A DNA stretch of 58,331 bases, filler included, from Sphacelaria rigidula (GCA_964200075.2; 5 parts of 5 records of this genome joined end to end with filler, not necessarily neighbours in it), one strand, 5' to 3'; shown: positions 38,101-50,848, numbered from the whole stretch's first letter. Program-made: numbers and translations. The notes: generated by a model not told the origin, from the letters alone.

Positions 38101-41100
38101 TTGCGTGAAGACACCGATTTGAACCACGTCGGGCACGCACACATTTCCTTACAGTTTTCTCGTATTTTTTGGGCAGTTCTGTACCGTATAAACCATTTCG
38201 GAATGACTGCGCGGTTACGTTTGCGATTCAACATCTTTTGACCGTTCATGTACGTTTCGACTGCAGCACGCCTTGCGCTGAACCATCGCAATAGACGATG
38301 CAAGATTGTACAATCCCAGCTAAAAACGGGTACCCCGTCGGAGTACCAACCAAGGCCACATTTCCTCCAACGGATCGCAATGAACTATACACATATTAAT
38401 CAAGTGCAGAAGTTGTCGGCAACCTCATTCTGAATCGAGGCGACGACCACCGCTGACACTTTCTACGATAGCCCCCCCCGAAAACCAGCTTAGAAGTGTC
38501 ACGAAAGAAAAGGCCATACAACGCGTGATCTTTGATTTCAGGCAGCATGAAGCGCCCCATATTGACGACATCGTCTAGAACGAACCCAAGCGTGGAAATT
38601 CCCAGCTGTTCGCTGTGTTCGGCGTTTCCCAATTCGGTTTACGTGAAGATTTTGCCCATCAAAACCATGCACTTTTGGGGGGGGGGGGCATCGTAGAAAG
38701 TGTCCGCTGTTCCGCCGTTCATTTGCGGTCAGGATCATGAACCAGAGGAGCGCATGCCGCAAGAAACCGTGCACATGTTCATCCAAGAGGGGTCCACAAA
38801 GGATTACAATGCCATGGAGCGCGCTCTTCAACGGATATGCCATATGCGGCGTCTGGGCGAGCCCGGTGGCCGCAATCGTGCGGTCTTGGGCAGGGGACGA
38901 GGAAACGTTCACTTGGGTCAGGCGTTATTGCGAGATGCATCCCGAGTATTTGGAAATGTTGCTGGTATGGCCCGGCGACTTGCACATCCTCTTCCAGCTC
39001 GCGAAGGCGTCGCTGAAACACAACTGGGGAGCCAGCATTGAACTCGTGGCCAACGACCTCGGGGGTGACGACGCCAAAGCCGCAGATGGAAGTAACTACC
39101 GGCGGGCGCACCACCACATCTCCGTACTGTACGAGTGTTCCATGATCGTCATCACGGAGGTAGTGTAAAATGAGTTGGGGTCTAGCGAGAAGGCGCTGAG
39201 GGCGCTCAGCAGGTGAAGGAATGGATCGAGTGCCGAGCGCAAACACACAAGACCTTCAGGTTTTGGTCCCGATTCCTTCTCGTAGACTATTCCGCATACG
39301 CAGGTGTTCGCATGAGTGTACGCACTGAAAATCTCAAGCTGCGGAAAGCCTGTTTGCGTTTGGCGGCGGCGATATGCTGCGGATACGGGAAAGAAAATAT
39401 CAGACGAAAATCGCCGGTCACCTCGGAGACGTGACACGCATGACTGACGGCGATCACGAAGCGATGTCGGAAATGTTTCCCACGTCGTTGGGCGGCGACG
39501 CTTTCTCTCGCGTCGTCTTGGACGAGCGGCAAGAAATAGCCAATCGCGGCTACAAGGGAGCGACGAAGAAAATCATCCGAGACTTCGTGAACTAGCTGGC
39601 CGCTATTGTCGGCGAGCGGGAGAGCACCATCGCTAAGATCGAGGAGGCTTTCTTTCCGGGGACAAGGCAGCGCGATGGGGAGGCAATGCTTGTCAAGAAA
39701 CGTCAGCCTGCCGTCGTCAAGGCCATGAAAGTGGTGCCGGGGTGCCTGGCGTTTCGTGACGACGGCGCAGATGCCCTCGTGGCGCTGGACGGTCGGGTGC
39801 TCACGAGTCAGGAAGGAGACGAGATCCTTGACGTTGCGCGACGCTGTGACGAGCTCTGGGCCGGTGTGGTCAAGAGGGTAGTATTGAAGGACAAGTCGGA
39901 GAAGGGCGCGACGAAAACCAAACTGAAGTCTTTGCCCCCTGCGCGCACTAGCAACAAGCCCACAAAAGAGGAGAGGTGATCTTCCGCCTTGAAGAAGAGC
40001 GTGAGCAGTATCACCGTGCAATCCCTCGACCAGCATCGGATCCTCACTTCGATCCTGAGCCGTGGCCAGGACCTGAAGCCGGACGCGTTGATGCGAACTG
40101 TGCTGGAGATCGGGGCTGTTGTTCCGCAGTCCATCGCCACCGAGCATGGAGGTAAATGACGTGAATGTGCATTTTGTTGCCTCGTGTCTGTACTGTGTCC
40201 CGTGAGGACAAGATGTCACCAACCTAGTGACCCTCACCCGTGGTCGCACAAACGTTGCGCATGGAGTGGAGTGCAGTTCGTGCACCATAGGTGTATCGCG
40301 CAAGGTACACACTGCCAAACAACCAGTATAGGTGCCTCAGCGAGGTACGAGAAACGTACTTATTTTCACACGCTCCCAGTGATTTACCTGCGTGCATATT
40401 TTGGGGGATTCGCAATTTACAGTAATTTGCGAGAGTAGCTTCCCTCGTCGCCATTGAAACAGGATTTCACAGATTCCGGGTAGAGCACCACCTCGGCCGT
40501 GCGGCAGCTCACTTGTTACTTACGCGCGGTGTGCAGGTGGTGCGGGGCCGATCCTCACGGCCCCTGTGCTGTAATCATTTCGCATTTTGGTCACGATCAC
40601 CACTGCGCGTTCACGGACCGCTTTGCAAAACTCAAATGACAAATTGTATAGCTACAGCGATTTACGGTTGCTTCCCGGTGGCATGTGTCAGCCCCGTGGC
40701 ACTGGAAGCACGAGGGAGTAGTGACGCGATCCCTCTATGAACTCAACACCGGGAGTAGCTAAACACTACACTGTCGCCCTCATCGTCCCCTTCCACAGAT
40801 GAGACACGGCAACAGACCACTGGGGCCAAGAACCTTCATCGAGAAAACGTGCTCGGATGCCGTCCAAGAATATTTGTTCCATGCATCAGAGGGACACGCG
40901 ATAGATTTTGCCGTGTGAGCTCCACAAGCCGCCGCCACTTGGTATTCTCGCCGGCGGCGACGCAGCTGTCGTGGAATATCATCGCCGGAAGATCATGGCG
41001 AACTGCGGTGATGGTGTGAAGTTTGTCGCCGTCTGTTACGACCGGGCGGAATTTGTGCCGCCAATAAAGGCGCATGAGCAAGCTGGGAGAAAGGCAAAAG

Positions 41101-43456
41101 TGAAGACATGCGACCGGGAGTTTGACCCGAGGAGCACTGACGGGCTACCCTCCGGTCCAGATTTTCAGGCATATACCCGGGTGCCGGGGAACCGATCCGC
41201 CATGGCAAGGGCCATCTGCGAGTATACTCTCGGCCACCCGGGTGCGCTTCTCGCGAAAGGGACGGTGCTGATGTTTTATGGGGTGGACACTCCCATAATG
41301 CGCCCGGGAGATACCCGTGGAGAAGAGCAGACACAATCCCCGATTGACCACGGATCTATAGCTGGCGGCACCTCCTCGGACCGGGGAGGCAGAGCAGGGG
41401 GCAATATTGCTCCAATGCTGTCACATAGTGCTATGATTCCACCCAGCACGCGGGCGGATGGGTGAGTTGGAGTCGCGGAGACCCTCCGATATGCGCCTGA
41501 CACCGAGAACACTGCGCCGGGCATACGGAGCACCCCTCTGCGACTGGCCCCCGCGACTGCATATTGCTCGCTGGCCGTCGCGGGTGCGACGCCGAACCGC
41601 CTCATGCCCCACCCCAGCGCGTGGTTTGGGGCAGGGGAGGAGACTGTGCAACCGGTGGTCGTAATCCCGCTTGTAGACGATCGCCCGCCACTGGGTCATT
41701 TCCCCGCGAACACTCCCCCCGGCCCGTGGTGTGTTACTGGAGGCAAAGAGCCGGAGGCGGGTCTCCGGTCGAGGGCGACCTCCAGTGTTCCGATAACTTT
41801 GTCTCCGGTGCTGGGTGTACTCGCTCCATCACAAGCGAACTACGGCGGTAATTACATGCCCGCGGCCATGTTCTCAGGGGACATGGCATGCGCGTTCCCC
41901 AGCCCTCTCCTTGAAGATGAAAGGATCGCTAATCCGCGGAGGGGAGAACAGGATATCGCGATGACATCCTCCGCCGATGGAACGCACCCTAGGGTTATGT
42001 CAGCGGATTCTACGGCCGGCACCCGCCCGAACGACGCCGGTTCTAGCAGCGCAGGGGAGGCGGGTGAGGATGGCGCAGCGTCTCCGAGTATACTCCTTTG
42101 GCGCAACGGTGGAGACGAGGACGGGCTCGTCCATCATGCACTTGGTCCGCAAATTGGGGAGGGAGAGCTGGCAGCCGTGCATTTCATGATTCACCAAGCG
42201 AAATACGGAGGTGATGGCGAGACCAGGATCCGGAGATGGACGCTGACGTCTATAGACACAGATATACTCATGATTGTATTGCTTGTTATGGCGACGGGCG
42301 AGATCGCCGCCGAGGGCCATAAACGCACGAGCGTCACCCTGCGCCGTTGGCTGTGAAAGGCACGGAATATATCTTCATAAATCGAGTCTATGGAGCCGTG
42401 ACCGATCTCGCCGACGGCGCTCACGGCGCTTGGGAAGGAAGCAGCACGTGGGTTCATGAAACGCCGGGGATGAGGGTTACCCCCTTCTTGTTGGTGTATT
42501 TACTGAGTGGGTGTGACTTCCTCCCTTGCTTCCACGTGCTATCTTTCCTCGCTACGTCGAATGCTTTCCTGAGAGGTCTGCGTGTCCCGGATCTTTTTCC
42601 GAAGCCGATCCTGTGGATCGAGGGCAGTAAGGTGACAGTCGACGAGGACGAAGTGTTAGAGTTCCTCGCCGTCGCCTTCCACTACAAGACAGAAACGGCA
42701 TTCGCGGCAGAGAAAGGAAGCGCGGAAGACATCCCCCGCAACCGGGCGGGGAAGGATATTACAGTGTTCGTGAACTGGGCGCGGATTTTGAGTTGGGAAA
42801 TGAGCTATAAGAAGCCTGCTGAGTTGGTGCCGCCCGCCGAGTCCTTGCGCTTCCAAGCGAACCGCGCGGGTGCCGTCACGGAATACTGGATGGGGGGGAT
42901 GGCGGACTCCATGCCCGCCGCGGAGTTTTGCGGTCGAGGATGGAATACGACCGGCGAACGCAGAGGGAAGCGTCTTGTGAAAAAGAATATTGTTGTTAAC
43001 CTATCGGATCACGCGTACATCGACCCCGCGGGGAAGACCAAACGGTTTTTGTGCAGATGTAACCCCGTGGCCTCCGAGAAGCACAAATGCGAGCGATCTT
43101 GTACGTGCGCCAGGCTGGGTGAAGATCATCACCCCTTCTTGTGTAGGTGCGAGGGGCGGTGCCTTGCGCCCGCTCCTGAGACGCGCGGATCGCCCCCTGA
43201 AAGATTACGAAGTGAAGGGTCACCAACTTGAGGTATCTCCAGTCGAGAACTGCCGACCGAAGGGATATCCAGTGATGGGTTCCCCAGTCGAGGCTCCCAG
43301 ACCGAAGGGTTGCCCACTGAAGGGTCACTCATTGAAGGGTTATTCGAGGAAGGATTTGGAATAGAGGAGTGGGATCTCAGCGAGTCGGGGGATAACAGGA
43401 GCTCGCCGGGCTCAACGGGTGAAGATACAGGATCCGAGTTTGGTTACGGCTGGTGA
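35166..43456 (+). mobile_element. Degenerate AcademX-like DNA transposon gene (Cys-rich N-terminus, Academ-type DDE transposase, XPG/PIN nuclease, Cys-rich zinc finger), with spliceosomal introns
   Basis: ORFs 35192, 35744, 36398 and 36839 share one frame broken by stops. Transposase motifs: VACVFDNCD, AGDEETF, WPGDLH, GSNYRRAHHH, FWSRFL, YGKENYQ, VVLDERQEIANR, VPQSIATEHG. Nuclease motifs: VAVCYDR...PIKAHEQ, GEGELAAVH, TSIDTDIL, LLSGCDFLP. C-terminus CRCN...CERSCTC...LCRCEGRC. Probable introns 37684-38732 and 40152-40798. Confidence 0.8.
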
Positions 43457-43983
43457 TCGGAGTCGTGTTGTGATTCCGAGGGACCCGGGGGCGGGGACGA
43501 GGGGGTTAGACATTTGGCACGATCTACACTCGCGTGACAGAGTGGAAGTGATGCTGAAGTGAGTTGCTGCTCAAACACGAGGTAATACGGAGGCGCCGTC
43601 ATGAAGATCATGTGCTACGCACATGTATGATTTGCTGTATTTGTGTCTTGAGGTCGGTATCGCACCCGTAGCAATGCTGTGTCCAACTACTCGCCAGATG
43701 GTGGCTCGGTGTGAACAGATGGGGTTCCGTTGATGTAGTTCTAGACTATCCACGCATCGGTTTGGCTCAAGCCTGAAAATCAAAGAGTATCTACACACCA
43801 GCGCCGCTCAAGCCAGAAACAAATCCGTGTTTTTGCTTCTGGAACTGAGAATGTCGGCAGGGAATATGTCAGGAGAGTGTACCTTACAAGAAGCAACAAC
43901 AAATTTATGTACAAATGCTTTTATTTTATCGTTGTGCGTCGATTCACGGCCCAAAAGAGAGGTAGGCGAAGTTTGACAATCTA

Positions 43984-44461
43984 AGGCCGCTTCTTATAGA
44001 CTGAAAGAAATCTGTCTGATGACTGCCCTTTTGAACCCTTCATCACGGAGTATTGGCGGAATACGGGCCTTGGCGGATTTCCCCCCTCGGAAAGATTTAC
44101 TATATGTTTCACGAGGATTCTAGCGCACTTTTCCGATTGCTTGTACGCCCAGTTTTACCTTTGACCGGATCCTGACTTCGTACAGTCACCCCAAAAAACT
44201 TCGAGTTGTCGGTAAAAAGTACGTATTTTCCCCGACAACTGGACGGTTTTCGCGGCGACTGAAAAAATTCGAGATCCGGTCAAAAGTAAAACTGGGCGTC
44301 GAAACAATCGGAAAAGCGCGCTAGAATCCTCGTGAAGCATGTAGCAGATCTTTCCGAGGAGGCCAAATCCGCTAAGGCCCGTATTCCGCCAGTAATCCGT
44401 GATGAAGGGTTCAAAAGGGCAGTTATCAGACAGATTTTTTTCAGTCTATAAGAAATGGCCT
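43984..44461. mobile_element. MITE with ~190-bp TIRs and TA target-site duplication
   Basis: TA|AGGCCGCTTCTTATAGACTGAAA...TGACCGGATC (43984-44171) is the imperfect reverse complement of GATCCGGTCA...TTCAGTCTATAAGAAATGGCCT|TA (44273-44461); ~100-bp spacer. Confidence 0.85.
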
Positions 44462-46064
44462 TAGGTTGACAAGCTCTACTCCTAGACGCGGTTTCACGAT
44501 GTATTGGTGTTCGGCGATGACCTTTTTTTTCTTGGTGCACAAGCATACATTTCTGTCGAAGTATGATCTCGAACATTCGAATCTAGAAAATATCGCCATT
44601 TTTTTGGCAGTCTTTACCGTCTGTGGACCAGACAGCTGGTTTCGTAAAACAAATTACTGCTGCCACCGGAGGATGCTTCTCCGTCGTAAACCCCCCAACA
44701 CGAGGCGAGGATCTCATTCCCACATGTAAGACTCCGCTTCTTTCAGGGCATCGACCGCTGAAGAAGGACCGTAAAAACATTCACCCATAACGACCACCGT
44801 CAGCTGCGCCACGGAAAAGCAAAGAAGACCGCGCAAAATTTGCGGATCCACTCAAAAGTGCAGACATCGTCTGCGTCACTTTCCTCGTGATACGTAATAC
44901 TACGCTGTTGCGCTTTTCTCCATCCATGGATTCTGTGCTTACAACGACGGATCCGAAGTGGTCGCGGGGTGGGGGGTTCTGTGAACGGAATACTTGCGCC
45001 CTTTCGCAACAGAGAATACACCTCACGAACTTCACACGTGATGCAAATGAAGAACGGATCGCACCGAGGGGGAGAAAACACAATCAGTTGCATCGTTTGA
45101 AGGAGTCGTTGGAGGGGAGCTCCAGCGTCATTTCGCTGTTGCAGCCATGGAGACACTGGCCATGTCGGTACCATCCTCTTGTGTGACACCCGTGATGCAT
45201 GATTTCAATACGAGATAGCACTCGTTCCATCGTCCGACTGCATTGCCCCGTGCTTGCCGTCGATCGCGCCTTTGCCGTCAGGTGACCACAGGGATGGGCG
45301 CCGAGGGGTGTCGCGGATGATGTACATAAGCTCAGAATGGCGCCAGGCTGGGTACGGTGTGCGTTCCTACCTACGCTCAACGAATTGATCACCCGTGTTT
45401 GAAGCGTTGGTTAGGCATGTGGTTTATGTTTCTGCGGCTTTTGTGACGGAGTCGGTGAAGACAGGTCTACCGGGTGTCCTTTATCGTGCGATTATGCGGT
45501 TACAGGCGCACGCAATAGCCCGCTATCGATCGACGCCGGAGCGGAGTCCGTCCTGGCGCCGCCACTTAAAATACAGGTCGCAGTTGTTGTTGCCATGGCT
45601 ACGGTTTGAGGGCTAGGTGAAGTTAAGTCGGAGAGTCAGGTCCTTTCTGGCGAAAGTGAAGGCAGCACATAGGGTTGACTTCTTCTGGAAGTGCTCTGTG
45701 GGGTATATCGTCTTCATTCATGGTGCTTCCTAAGAAGGAAAAAAAAAACACTGGCAAATCTCCTTCCGAACCAACGCTGGCATGATCGGAGCGCGCTTCC
45801 ATGCTCCGACAGACGGCCGGACTAGAATGTTCGAAAATAAAAACGTGCAGTCGTTAACCTCGCATCAATCGACAGTTTGTCCGCAGACACCCCACGGGGC
45901 GGCGAAAAAATAAATTCTGGACACGTAAGCCCCAAAATCGAAATTTCGACATTTTGAGGGGGGGGGGGGGGGAGGACCCCCAGCCGTTCGTCCCCTGCTT
46001 TGTTGCCGAAGCGTTGGCGGATGCGGGCAGCCGCCGTAGACAGAGGTCCTTGGGACGAAGACCT

Positions 46065-46530
46065 GATGCCATCGGGACAGAACAGGTAAGGAGCAGGAGC
46101 AATTATATAACCCCCGAAAAGCCTTGGTGGCTTTTCTGTTTATGTCAGTGTTCATTGATCAATTTCTTGCAACAAAATTAACGGGAAAAATAAAAAGCAG
46201 GAGATTTTTCGAAAAGATGCCCTCCGGCATCTGAGCTAATCGGGGCAGAGGGGGCAAGGAGCAGGAGCAGACAAACAAACCCCGCAAAGCCCACCAGATC
46301 TTTCGGCTTTGTCAGCGTTTATTGATCAATTTCTTGCAACAAACTTAACGGGAACAATAAATCAGGGGATTTTTCGAAAAGATGCCCTCCGGCATCCGAG
46401 CTCATCGGGACAAAGGGGGCAAGGAGCAGGAGCAGACAAACAAACCCCGCAAAGCCCACCAGACTTTTCGGTTTTGTCAGCGTTTATTGATCAGTTTCTT
46501 GCAACAAAATTGACAACGTAAATAAAGAAA
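46065..46530. repeat. Tandem repeat, ~2.7 copies of ~170-185 bp
   Basis: Recurring AAGGAGCAGGAGCA...CCCCG(C)AAAGCC...TTGATCAATTTCTTGCAACAAA...TTTTTCGAAAAGATGCCCTCCGGCATC. Confidence 0.85.
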
Positions 46531-46646
46531 ACCATGAATATTTCGGGAAATTGCTCCCCGGGGGAGGGTGCGGGGAGGTAGGGGGGGGGGGGGGGGGACA
46601 GGGGTCCCCAAATTTTCTCGCCGGTGCCCCCTGAAAACACCCACCC

Positions 46647-46746
46647 NNNNNNNNNNNNNNNNNNNNNNNNNNNNNNNNNNNNNNNNNNNNTTAATTAATT
46701 AANNNNNNNNNNNNNNNNNNNNNNNNNNNNNNNNNNNNNNNNNNNN
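46647..46746. other. Artificial contig linker
   Basis: N-run with TTAATTAATTAA. Confidence 0.97.
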
Positions 46747-49700
46747 AAAGCCACTCTCAATCGTATCATCTACTCTCAATCTCACGAAAACACTGTTAGG
46801 CGCCGATTTCAACGAAAATGCATTGCGCACCCGAGGAGCACACGGGACTGTCAGCCCTACTGAGAATCCGATTCTCGTTGTACACACCCAAATCCAGTAA
46901 TATCGAACATTTTTAGCCCAACGCCGGTAACTGAAACGAGGACTCTGAACCATTTTGGGGCGTGCGGATCGAAATTTGGCCAAGACAATGTGCTCAACAT
47001 GCGACAGAGCCATATCTACTGATGAACTTCAGCGAAGACGGTCCTTACACAGACGAGTGGAGTACAAATAGTCACCGGGTTTGTGATGTGGGCTGGGTGG
47101 GTGTTGGTCGACCACCTCGTCATGTTTTGAGGAGCTTGGTTTTCGATTTATCGGATGCCATCGTTCCACGAATTTCGACGGATAAATAGCTCGCCTTGTG
47201 CAAGTGTATTTGTTATTCCGTGGGCATGGCTTTTCATTTCATGAATATTATATTAACCCTTTGACCGCGAGGGTTGGTCACCTGCTGTATCGGCATCAAT
47301 TTTCACTTGAAAAAGGTACGCATGGTCCAGATGGACTGCCCTCGCGGTCTAGAGTTTAGCCGGACTCAAATATATGATATTGTGTTCCAAGAGGGAATGA
47401 ATACAAACCGTCGTCCTTCACCTACCAGGGCCGATACAACAGACGCGTGTCTTGGGACGGGTGGGTCCACTGAAAGACATGAATGGAGCTTCGGTGCCAT
47501 GAGGCTTCAGCGAAAGACGGCCGACGACTTGATGCTGTATTTTGTGTCGTCTTGACGCAGTATAGTTTACCATTCGGGAGGGTAAGTTGGTCCATCTTGA
47601 TCTTAGTGTGGAAACCCAATCCGGATCTGTCATGGGGGCTGTGCTCCCAGCATGCTCCTAGCGTGCCCAGAGCGCGCTTTCATCTAAATCGGCGCCGATT
47701 TGAGGTCTGGCAACGCACCCTTCGCCTGGGGAACACGTTGCACCCCCCTTGCCCGAGGATTCTCGGTATGCCTTCGTTGTGGTTGAGGTTAGGGTTGGTG
47801 TTACAGTTTGTTCTCTTCGCCGCTGCAAGGTCGCGAAGATGATTCTTGCTTCTGACGTTCGGTCGAAGGTTCAAATTCTACACCTGTCGAAAATTCCACA
47901 TATCCGATGTATCAGCCATCTGCACTATCAATAGCCATTCATGGGTCATCTATTCTGAGGCCGTTGGACAGGGGTGAGGATTTCGCGTCTTGTGGAAACC
48001 GCTGAGGGTTGGACGCGCTTGTTTGCGATCATCGCCAAAACTGGGGGGCCGATTACTCATCGCCAAGGCCATCGATTGGGATGCGACTTTTTGCATCATC
48101 TGCGCCAAGACAAGAGCTACGACTTGACCGGAGAAATTTTTTTTTCATCAAGATGCGAGTTTCATAAGCAATCAAGTGGGGAATATATGGGTTTTTCGCG
48201 AATTTCTCGATCACCGTAGCTTCTTTTGTGAAACGTGAAACCATTCAGTCAGACTATAGCTTGGACGAATACACGCCGGTGAGTAGCCGAGGCACGCCGT
48301 GGTTCGTAGTCCGTGACGACGAAAATGGGAAATCGTCAAGTGGAAACCCCACTCAGATCACAAGTACTTTGAGGGATTTTACGGCATGTAAAATCAAGGG
48401 ATGAACAGGATCTCCGGTCTGTTCGTGCTTTTGGTCGGTGACACGTTTTTGGCTCATCTTGGGGGGTCAGGTGCGCCCATAACAATGATATGCTTACATC
48501 GGGTTCATTCGGGAAACTGTGAAAGCTATGGTGTGAGCAACTTTCAGTCGCTTTTAAGCTGGCCCAGCTCGTAGTGTCGCTATGTCCCCTAGGAGCAAGA
48601 GACATTGCTTGCCAGTAAAAGGCTCACTCTCCAAGTAGAACGAATAACTCCGTATTGCATTCTTGTCCAAGCTCCATTTCGCATACACATATCTACGTTG
48701 AGGTTCAGTCTGGAACGCGGACATGCACCTAGATAAAATATCCATGTGAGATCTCGGATTCATCTGGAATACGCATCTGAGATATGGCAGGTCTATGTTA
48801 ATAATGATAGGTGCTGGAATATTACTCATGGACGTTCCGCATGGGCATCCATACTCCAAATTGTGAGAATACTCTAGACGGATATCCGTATCCCAGATGA
48901 ATATCCATATTTCAGACGGATAGACACATTCCAGATGGATGTTCGGGATGAACCTCAGGTGCTAGATGGGTACGAAAGATGGGTACGCAAGTTCCAGACG
49001 AATGCGAGATCCCACATGGGGCGTCGCCCCTGGTGGATACGAAAATCTCAGATGTAGTTTGCACGGTCAAGACCTGCCGCGATTTTGCAGACCTTCGCTT
49101 GGGAAGGCGGAGTGGAAGTAATTCTGCATTGCGGGTCACAGTAAGGACGTAAGTAAGGCGCCAACAGGTCCTGACATGCGGTTGGTTCAGCGATGGCGTG
49201 TTCATCCTCGATGTTCTGTACTCCCCTTGATTGCTACATGCGGGGACACGCAATCTATTCCGCCATTGGTTTCTGATTCGGTGCCCGTCTCGTCGAGGTA
49301 TTTTGAGGGGTAGGCTCTGCTTAAGCTTCATGATCTTATTCACTGGGAAAATCGCGGTGAAAAACGTCTTTTTACCGGAAAATGTGCTCTGCTTCTTACT
49401 GCGATAAGATTTGTGAAAACCCCCGCCATTCGGTGTTGATACTAGCTGCAGGTTGACTAACATTCCATCTCTTGTAGTTCATCAAATGTCTTGCATGAAC
49501 CCTGGTGTCACGCAAGACGGCCTCTTATGAATACCCTCGTTCCGTGCACTATTTCTTGAACGTAGTTTGCAGAGACGTTGGCCTTTTGTTTCCCACTCGA
49601 TCATTACGCCTCGTTAGTGTCAATACGCCCTTACATATACTATTTCTACGCAGTATGTAGTACACTGCGCTGGCTTGAACTCACGCAGCGCCAGCCCCAA

Positions 49701-50746
49701 GTCGGCAAACTCGGCGCACTTCGACCCATCAGGAAGCACCGCTATAAACACGTTACCTGCCTTCACGTCCACATGCACTATGTTGTGCTGGGGCATGTGG
49801 TCCAAATCTTCGGCCGCTTCGCCCGTGTACCTGCATCAGTTAGAGTCATCATCAGCAGCAGCAATAACACCAGCTACAGCAGCAACAACGACGAAAAACG
49901 CATCACCACGTAGAACAACAACACGCAACAGCAAAGCCCTCCCCAGGACAGCTACCACCCCATACCGATGGGAGAAGCACATTGACGTTGGTCAGCACCA
50001 GTATACCATCAACGTCATATATGGGGCTGTGGTCGGCGGTATACAACAGTTCGAGCGAGCTCGTTCGATCAACTCGTTGGCAGCGGGCAAATGGATCAGT
50101 TCGGGTAGCTGAAACGATCTTCCGACAGCGTAAAACGGATGCCAATTCAACCGACGAAGCATGGCCGCCTTCGCGGCTGAGGGATTGAGGCGTCTGAAGC
50201 TCTCGTGACATGCAACTTCTGCATCATCTTCAATATGGGTCACGCAGCTCTATCGTGAACTGGTCCGCTCCTCCACAACTAATGTCTTCAAGGGTGGTAT
50301 GCAAGGATTTCACTCATCGTACAAAGGGTCACCGGCCCTGGAGTGAGTGACCTCCCAAGCGTCCCTTGAGCGCGTGTCATAGTCGGTGCAGGGCAGCGGC
50401 GGTAGTTGATGTGCTTTAGCGAGGGACGGGGGCATACAGCACATACTTCGATGAAAACGTGCCTTTGAAGTCAAAGACTGGCCACATTATTAAAACCCCA
50501 TGCTGGGCCTCAGGCACGCCCTCTTGCGGGGGGAGTACATGTGGACTGCTCCATGTGGTCGTGTCGAACTAGTGGCAGGAAGGAAGTAACAGCATTCACT
50601 TGCGGTTTGAAGATGAATGCAGCGACGAAATTCCCAGAGAAGGCGAAATCAATATCTACCCGCTGATCTATCCAGACATCATCTGGCTCATCACCTGTTA
50701 TATGATTGATTTCGCTCGCATTCACTAACTCGTCGTCTTCTGGGGC

Positions 50747-50848
50747 ATGTATGTATGTCTGTATGTCTGTATGTCTGTATGTCTGTATGTATGTATTATG
50801 TATTATGTATGTATGTATTATGTATGTGTATGTGTGTATGCATGCATG
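50747..50848. repeat. (TATG/TATGTC)n microsatellite
   Basis: Directly visible simple repeat. Confidence 0.9.

Noticed and set aside
39287-40318. 343-aa minus-strand ORF (also 35290-36210)
   Set aside because: These are antisense shadows of the GC-rich Academ-like coding region with no independent motifs.
48912-49463. ORF containing HLAPEV as kinase subdomain VIII
   Set aside because: The motif lies in a degenerate CAGATG/ATATCC repeat tract with no convincing splice context or downstream subdomain IX.
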